A stretch of DNA of 64,000 nt, from assembly GCA_963845565.1 (NCBI GenBank), contig CAWJSJ010000005.1, positions 480,001 through 544,000 on the forward strand, written 5' to 3'. Position numbers and translations under genes: made by a program. This document shows positions 58,542 through 64,000 of the stretch, piece after piece (within the stretch, counting starts at the first letter, position 1; each line of letters begins with the position of its first letter). Origin of the DNA: an uncultured Methylomirabilota bacterium (GTDB lineage Bacteria > Methylomirabilota > Methylomirabilia > Methylomirabilales > 2-02-FULL-66-22). Below the pieces are notes generated by a model, which saw only the letters and a program-made list of their open reading frames with translations, searched no databases and was not told the DNA's origin.

Positions 58542-60125
58542 ATGAAACGCGAGATCATCGTCAATTCGTCCCTGGTGGAGACCCGCGTGGCCGTCATCGA
58601 GGACGGCACGCTGGTCGAGATCCTGATCGACGACTCCCACACCCAGAACCTGGCGGGCAACATCTATAAGGGCCGGGTACTCAAGATCCTTCCGGGCATG
58701 CAGGCGGCCTTCGTGGACGTCGGCCTGGCCCGGGATGCCTTTCTGTACGTCCGTGACATCTACGAGGATGTTGAGAATTTCGAGGATCTCCTCGCCGGGG
58801 GCGACGAGGGGGAGCCCGAAAATGACGAGGGTGATGCACCGCCCTCCCCCGGCGGCCGCGCGCGAGGCCGGCAAGCCGCGTCCGCCCCAGGCGGACGGGC
58901 ACCGTCGGAGCACCGATCGGCCCACGCCTCCATCGAAGAGTTGATCCAGGAAGGCCAGGAGGTCCTGGTGCAGGTCGCGCGGGAGCCGCTGGGCACGAAG
59001 GGGGCCCGCATCACCTCCCACATCACGCTGCCGGGGCGGTATTTGGTGTACATGCCGACCGAATCCCACGTCGGGGTCTCCCGCAAGATCGAAGCCGAGG
59101 GGGAGCGAAGCCGGCTGAAGCAGATCATCGAGGAGATCAACGTTCCGCGGGAAGGGGTGATCGTCCGCACCGCCGGCGTCGGACGGTCCAAGTCGGAGAT
59201 CCAGGCGGACTTCGAGTTCCTTCGGTCCACCTGGCGAGGGATCAAGCTGAAAGGGGAGGCCGCCACCGCCCCCGCCATGGTGCAGAAGGATCTGGATCTG
59301 GTGTTCCGCATCTTCCGGGATCTGATCACCAAGGACGTGACCCGCCTGGTGGTGGACTCGGCGGTGGAGTACGAGCGCTGCATGGAGTACACGGAATCCC
59401 TCTTCCCTGAGTTGCGGCAACTCCTGTTCCTCTACACCGAGGACGAGCCGATCTTCAAGAGTTTCGGGATCGAGCGGGAAGTGGAGAAGGCGCTGCGCAG
59501 TAAGGTCTGGCTCAAATCGGGTGGCTACCTGGTCATCGAGCAGACCGAAGCGCTGGTGTCGGTGGACGTGAATACCGGCAAGTATGTGGGGAAACACGAC
59601 TTCGAGGAGACCATCCTCAAGACCAATCGGGAGGCGGCCGTCGAGATCGCCCGCCAGGTGCGGTTGCGCGACCTGGGTGGCATCATCATCATCGACTTCA
59701 TCGACATGGCCCGCCAGGAGAACCGGGACAAGGTCATGGCGGACCTCAAGGAGGCGCTGAAGGCCGACCGGTCTCCCACCAACGTCTCGCTGCTCTCGGA
59801 ACTCGGCCTGGTGGAGATGACGCGGAAACGGGTCCGGCAGGGGTTGAACCAGTCGCTGAGCCAGACCTGCGCCGCCTGCGGCGGCCTGGGCTGGGTCCGT
59901 TCGGTGGCCTCCATCACTCACCAGGCGCTGCGCGAGGTTGAATGGCGGATGGCGCGGAAGGCGTTGCCCCGGATCAAGATCCGGGCGGCGCGCGACCTGG
60001 TGGAGTGGATCAAGGCGGAAGAGGCCGAGATCGTCGAGGCGCTCCAGCAGCGGCTGGGCGGAGAGATCGAGCTCCTGGTGGAAGAGAGCTATCCGGCGGG
60101 AAAGTATTCCCTTTTGGAAGGGTAG
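58542..60125 (+). CDS. rng: Ribonuclease G/E family
   Basis: GNIYKGRV, PGMQAAFVD, GTKGARIT, DVNTG, RLRDLGGIIIIDFIDM. Confidence 0.93.
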   Translation: MKREIIVNSSLVETRVAVIEDGTLVEILIDDSHTQNLAGNIYKGRVLKILPGMQAAFVDVGLARDAFLYVRDIYEDVENFEDLLAGGDEGEPENDEGDAPPSPGGRARGRQAASAPGGRAPSEHRSAHASIEELIQEGQEVLVQVAREPLGTKGARITSHITLPGRYLVYMPTESHVGVSRKIEAEGERSRLKQIIEEINVPREGVIVRTAGVGRSKSEIQADFEFLRSTWRGIKLKGEAATAPAMVQKDLDLVFRIFRDLITKDVTRLVVDSAVEYERCMEYTESLFPELRQLLFLYTEDEPIFKSFGIEREVEKALRSKVWLKSGGYLVIEQTEALVSVDVNTGKYVGKHDFEETILKTNREAAVEIARQVRLRDLGGIIIIDFIDMARQENRDKVMADLKEALKADRSPTNVSLLSELGLVEMTRKRVRQGLNQSLSQTCAACGGLGWVRSVASITHQALREVEWRMARKALPRIKIRAARDLVEWIKAEEAEIVEALQQRLGGEIELLVEESYPAGKYSLLEG

Positions 60126-60183
60126 CCAGGGCGCTCGCCGGCGGGCGGTTTTCCCCGGCGGCGAACCGTCGGGGGAGATTTTC

Positions 60184-60213
60184 TTGACACTCCGCCTGGG
60201 GGCATGTTATACA
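60184..60213 (+). promoter_or_regulatory. Putative sigma70 promoter of rplU operon
   Basis: TTGACA-18-TATACA with TG extension. Confidence 0.6.
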
Positions 60214-60310
60214 CAACACCCCGCTTCGGCCAGAGGCGGGATCATTTTTTGTCGGCACACGACGTGCCCCGCAGGGCGGGGTCGCCACTTCGCGGCGGAA
60301 GGAGTCTCCG

Positions 60311-60622
60311 GTGTACGCGATCATCGAATCGGGGGGAAAGCAGTACCGGGTGGAGCCGGGCGCGATTCTGGCTCTGGAGCGTCTCCCGGGGGAGAAGGGC
60401 AGCCGGGTGGAGCTGGACCGGGTCCTCCTGGTCTCGGACGGCGGCAGCGTGAAGGTGGGCCATCCCACCGTGTCGGGAGCCCGAGTGGTCTCCGAGATCC
60501 TGGCCCAGATGCGCGGCGAGAAGATCGACGTGTTCAAATTCAAGAAGCGGAAGAAGTATCGCCGCAAGACGGGTCACCGCCAGGAACTGACGAAGGTCCG
60601 TATCGCGGAGATCGTGGCGTAG
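60311..60622 (+). CDS. rplU: 50S ribosomal protein L21
   Basis: MYAIIESGGKQYRV...GHRQELT. Confidence 0.97.
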   Translation: MYAIIESGGKQYRVEPGAILALERLPGEKGSRVELDRVLLVSDGGSVKVGHPTVSGARVVSEILAQMRGEKIDVFKFKKRKKYRRKTGHRQELTKVRIAEIVA

Positions 60623-60676
60623 CGGTCGGCCACGCGGCGGGCCGGAGGCGGCCCGGCGGATCACACGGAGGAGATG

Positions 60677-60931
60677 ATGGCACACAAGAAGGGTGTGGGA
60701 AGCTCGCGGAACGGCCGCGATAGCGCCGGGCGGCGCCTGGGCATGAAGGCTTTCTCCGGTCAGACGGTGACGGGCGGGAGCATCCTCGTGCGCCAGCGCG
60801 GGACGCGTTTCAAGCCCGGGAAAAACGTCGGTCTGGGGGGTGACGACACCCTGTTCGCCAAAGTGGCCGGCGTCGTCAACGTGGCGCAGCGGGGCGGCGA
60901 CCGCTTCGTCTCCATCACGCCCGCCGCCTAG
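60677..60931 (+). CDS. rpmA: 50S ribosomal protein L27
   Basis: [16 protein letters not shown]...ILVRQRGT. Confidence 0.97.
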   Translation: MAHKKGVGSSRNGRDSAGRRLGMKAFSGQTVTGGSILVRQRGTRFKPGKNVGLGGDDTLFAKVAGVVNVAQRGGDRFVSITPAA

Positions 60932-60998
60932 CGGTTCCGGCTGGCCGGCCATCGCGCTTCGCGGTGGATCGCCAGCCTTCACCGATCCGCCTCGACCA

Positions 60999-62018
60999 TT
61001 GACCAAGTTCATTGACACCGCTCAGATCGTCGTGCAGGCCGGCGCCGGCGGTCGGGGTTGCGTGAGTTTCCGGCGCGAGAAGTACGTGCCGCACGGTGGA
61101 CCCAACGGGGGCGACGGGGGCGACGGGGGCAGCGTCGTCGTCCAGGCCAGCCGATCCTTCCGGACCCTGATCGATCAGCAGTACCAGCGACTCTACCGCG
61201 CCGGGCGCGGCGAGCATGGGCGCGGCAAGGACCAGCACGGCGCCAACGGCTCCGACGTCACCATCAAGGTGCCGCTCGGCACCGTGATCGCCGATGCGGA
61301 GACGGGCGAAGTCCTGGCCGATCTCACGCTCGAGGACCAGCGGGCACTGGTGGCCCGTGGCGGCCAGGGCGGCCGCGGCAACGCCCGCTTCGCGACCGCG
61401 ACCCATCAAGCCCCCCGCACGGCCCAGCCCGGCACCCCCGGGGAAACCCGAACCCTTCGTCTGGAACTCAAACTCATCGCGGATGTCGGCCTGGTGGGCT
61501 TGCCCAACGCGGGGAAATCCTCCCTGCTGGCCGCTTTCTCGGCCGCCCGGCCCAAGATCGCCGCCTATCCGTTCACGACCCTCAGTCCGAACCTCGGCGT
61601 GGTAGACGTCGCGCCCCATGGCGGCTTCGTGGTTGCGGACATTCCCGGGCTGATCGAGGGCGCGGCGCAGGGCGCCGGCCTGGGCATCCGCTTTCTGCGC
61701 CATATCGAGCGAACGCGCCTGCTGGTCCACGTGGTGGATGTCTCCGCCGAGGCGGGAGACCCGGCGGCGGCCGTCGAGACGATCGAGCGGGAACTCCATG
61801 CGTACAACCCCGCCCTGCTGTCGTTGCCGCGGATCGTGGCCGCCAACAAGATCGACCTCCCCCACGGGGCGGGGTTGACCGCCCTCGCCGCCTGGTGCGC
61901 CGCGCAGACGCTGCCCGTGATCGCGATCTCGGCGTTGACCGGCGAAGGGATTCCGGGTCTGCTGGAAGCGATCGCCGACCGGCTTCGGACCGTTCAGGGG
62001 ACGCCGCATGTCCCGTAA
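60999..62018 (+). CDS. obgE: GTPase ObgE (start codon uncertain, TTG assumed)
   Basis: SFRREKYVPHGGPNGGDGG, GLPNAGKSS, YPFTTL, DIPG, NKID. Confidence 0.94.
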   Translation: MTKFIDTAQIVVQAGAGGRGCVSFRREKYVPHGGPNGGDGGDGGSVVVQASRSFRTLIDQQYQRLYRAGRGEHGRGKDQHGANGSDVTIKVPLGTVIADAETGEVLADLTLEDQRALVARGGQGGRGNARFATATHQAPRTAQPGTPGETRTLRLELKLIADVGLVGLPNAGKSSLLAAFSAARPKIAAYPFTTLSPNLGVVDVAPHGGFVVADIPGLIEGAAQGAGLGIRFLRHIERTRLLVHVVDVSAEAGDPAAAVETIERELHAYNPALLSLPRIVAANKIDLPHGAGLTALAAWCAAQTLPVIAISALTGEGIPGLLEAIADRLRTVQGTPHVP

Positions 62019-63183
62019 AGGCCCAACCGCCGGGACCCGGCAGGAGTGGCTCGGCACGCCCCGGCGGCTCGTCGTCAAGGTCGGGTCCGGCGTGCTTTCC
62101 CGCGGCGGCATCGGGCTGCATCGGCCCACGCTCCGGGCGCTGGCGTCCTGTCTCGCGCGGGTGCAGGCGCGCGGTATCGAGACGATCCTGGTGTCGTCGG
62201 GGGCGATTCTGGCCGGGATGGAAGCGCTGGGGCTGACCGAGCGGCCGCGGGAGCTGCCGTTGAAGCAGGCCGCCGCGGCCGTGGGGCAGAGCCACCTGAT
62301 GCGCGCCTACGAGGAGGCCTTTCAGCCGTGCGGCCTCCGCGTGGCGCAGATCCTGCTGACGCAGGAGGACCTGCGGCATCGCGGCCGATATCTCAATGCC
62401 CGGAACACGCTCTTCACCCTCCTCGGCCTGCGCGTCCTCCCCATCGTGAACGAGAACGACACGGTGGCGGTGCGGGAGATCCAGTTCGGCGACAACGACA
62501 CGCTCTCGGCCCTGGTGGCGCACGTGGCGCAAGCCGATCTTCTGGTGATCCTGACGGACACGGAGGGGGTCTTCACCGCCGACCCCCACCGGGACCCCTC
62601 GGCGCGGCTGATCCCGCTGGTCCGCCCGCAGGATGCCATCACGTCCTTCTGCGCCGAGGACACCGGGAGCGCCGCCAGCATCGGGGGCATGACGTCCAAG
62701 GTCCGCGCCGCCCATCGGGCCGCGGTCGCCGGCATCCCCACGGTCGTGGCCAGCGGCCGGACGCCCGAGTCGGTGGAGGCGATTCTGCGGGGCGAGGAGG
62801 TCGGCACCCTGTTCCTCCCCTCGCGCAGCCGGATGCAAAGCCGCAAGCGGTGGCTGGCCTTCGCCAGCCTGCCGCGCGGCGGGATCGTGGTGGACGCGGG
62901 CGCCAGGGAGGCGCTGGTCTCGGGGGGCAAGAGTCTGCTCCCCTCGGGTATTCGCGGGACACAGAAGACGTTCCGGGCGGGAGACGTGGTCAGCTTGCTG
63001 GATCCGGCCGGCCGAGAGTTCGGCCGGGGTCTGGCGAACTACAGCCGGGACGAGACGGACAAGATCAAAGGCCTGCACAGCGACGCGATCGCATCGGTGC
63101 TGGGCCACAAGCCGTACGACGAGGTGATCCACCGGGACAACCTCGTTATCCTGGAGGCGGCGCCGTCCGGACCGTCCGCATGA
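62008..63183 (+). CDS. proB: Glutamate 5-kinase
   Basis: VVKVGS, VSSGAI, NENDTV, FGDNDTL, PUA domain with KSLLPSG. Confidence 0.95.
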   Translation: MSRKGPTAGTRQEWLGTPRRLVVKVGSGVLSRGGIGLHRPTLRALASCLARVQARGIETILVSSGAILAGMEALGLTERPRELPLKQAAAAVGQSHLMRAYEEAFQPCGLRVAQILLTQEDLRHRGRYLNARNTLFTLLGLRVLPIVNENDTVAVREIQFGDNDTLSALVAHVAQADLLVILTDTEGVFTADPHRDPSARLIPLVRPQDAITSFCAEDTGSAASIGGMTSKVRAAHRAAVAGIPTVVASGRTPESVEAILRGEEVGTLFLPSRSRMQSRKRWLAFASLPRGGIVVDAGAREALVSGGKSLLPSGIRGTQKTFRAGDVVSLLDPAGREFGRGLANYSRDETDKIKGLHSDAIASVLGHKPYDEVIHRDNLVILEAAPSGPSA

Positions 63184-63191
63184 GGTGACCC

Positions 63192-64000
63192 ATGAGTGAA
63201 TGCGATATCCGCGGGATGGCCCGCGACGCGCGGGCCGCGGCCCGCGACCTGGCCCGCGCCAGCGGGGAGCAGAAGGACCGCGCGCTTCTGGCGATGGCCT
63301 CGGGGCTGACGGAGTCCCGGGCGCGCATCCTGGCGGACAACGCCGGAGACGTGGCCGCGGCCCACGCCGCCGGTCAGACGGCCGCCTTCGTGGATCGCCT
63401 CACGCTGACCGAGCCCAGGATCGAGGCCATGGCCCGCGGGGTGCGGCAAATCGCCGATCTCCCCGACCCGGTGGGGGCCGTGACCGGCATGTGGCGCCGG
63501 CCCAACGGCCTGCAGGTCGGGCGCATGCGCGTTCCCTTGGGGGTGATCGGGATCATCTACGAGTCTCGACCCAACGTGACCGCGGACGCCGCGGCATTGT
63601 GCCTCAAGTCGGGGAACGCCGTGCTGCTGCGCGGCGGGTCGGAGGCGCTCCGCACGAACCGCGCCATTGCCGACGTCCTGGCGGCCGCGGTGGCCTCGGC
63701 GGGCTTGCCGGCGGCGGCCCTCGCCGTCGTGCCCTCGGCGGACCGGGCCGTGGTCAAGGAGATGCTCTCGCTCCACGGCCTGATCGACCTGATCATCCCG
63801 CGCGGCGGCGAGGGGCTCATCCGGGCCGTCCGCGAGGGGTCCCAGATCCCGGTGATTGCCCACGACAAGGGGCTGTGCCACACCTATGTGGACGCCTCGG
63901 CGAACCTCGCCATGGCCGGCGAGATCGCCTACAACGCCAAGGTCGAGCGGCCCGGTGTCTGCAACGCCATGGAAACGTTGTTGGTACACGCGGAGGTCGC
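63192..64000 (+). CDS. proA: Gamma-glutamyl phosphate reductase (partial, runs off window end)
   Basis: Manual translation: RVPLGVIGIIYESRPNVT, LKSGNAVLLRGG, IPRGGEGLI, GLCHTYVD, PGVCNAMETLLVH. Confidence 0.95.
   Translation, partial: MSECDIRGMARDARAAARDLARASGEQKDRALLAMASGLTESRARILADNAGDVAAAHAAGQTAAFVDRLTLTEPRIEAMARGVRQIADLPDPVGAVTGMWRRPNGLQVGRMRVPLGVIGIIYESRPNVTADAAALCLKSGNAVLLRGGSEALRTNRAIADVLAAAVASAGLPAAALAVVPSADRAVVKEMLSLHGLIDLIIPRGGEGLIRAVREGSQIPVIAHDKGLCHTYVDASANLAMAGEIAYNAKVERPGVCNAMETLLVHAEV

Noticed and set aside
55865..64000. Radical SAM-rng-rplU-rpmA-obgE-proB-proA as a novel cluster
   Set aside because: Widely conserved housekeeping gene order; absence of prp fits an L27 with no N-terminal extension

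Overview
GC-rich bacterial chromosome segment; gene order and style suggest a Methylomirabilota/deltaproteobacteria-like lineage (inference only). 1-22.4 kb is catabolic and transport genes: tctABC, Zn-dependent dehydrogenase, SDR, UxaA-like dehydratase, MBL hydrolase, a sugar ABC system with a fused double permease plus a sialidase-like enzyme, EamA, truD, and a GntR/polar amino-acid ABC system followed by three tandem class-III aminotransferases. 22.6-47.8 kb is a type IVa pilus locus (pilB-T-C-S-R, pilA with a sigma54 promoter, pilH/I/G-like, pilD). It is interleaved with a dense set of membrane modification enzymes: a frameshifted O-antigen-ligase/O-OTase-TPR, a 13-TM MFS-methyltransferase-like-TPR fusion, a GT2-methyltransferase fusion, a TMTC-like GT-C-TPR, a second GT-C-like-TPR protein and YfhO. 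This is the best candidate for an undescribed pilin glycosylation/methylation system. 47.9-64 kb holds an internally deleted aroE, glnD, amtB (no PII gene), an Asp racemase, TauE, Rrf2, radical SAM TIGR03960/03936, rng, rplU, rpmA, obgE, proB and partial proA. A ~105-bp double-hairpin repeat occurs five times, mostly at stop codons, along with a second MITE-like element and an inverted octamer array. No rRNA, tRNA or CRISPR array was seen.
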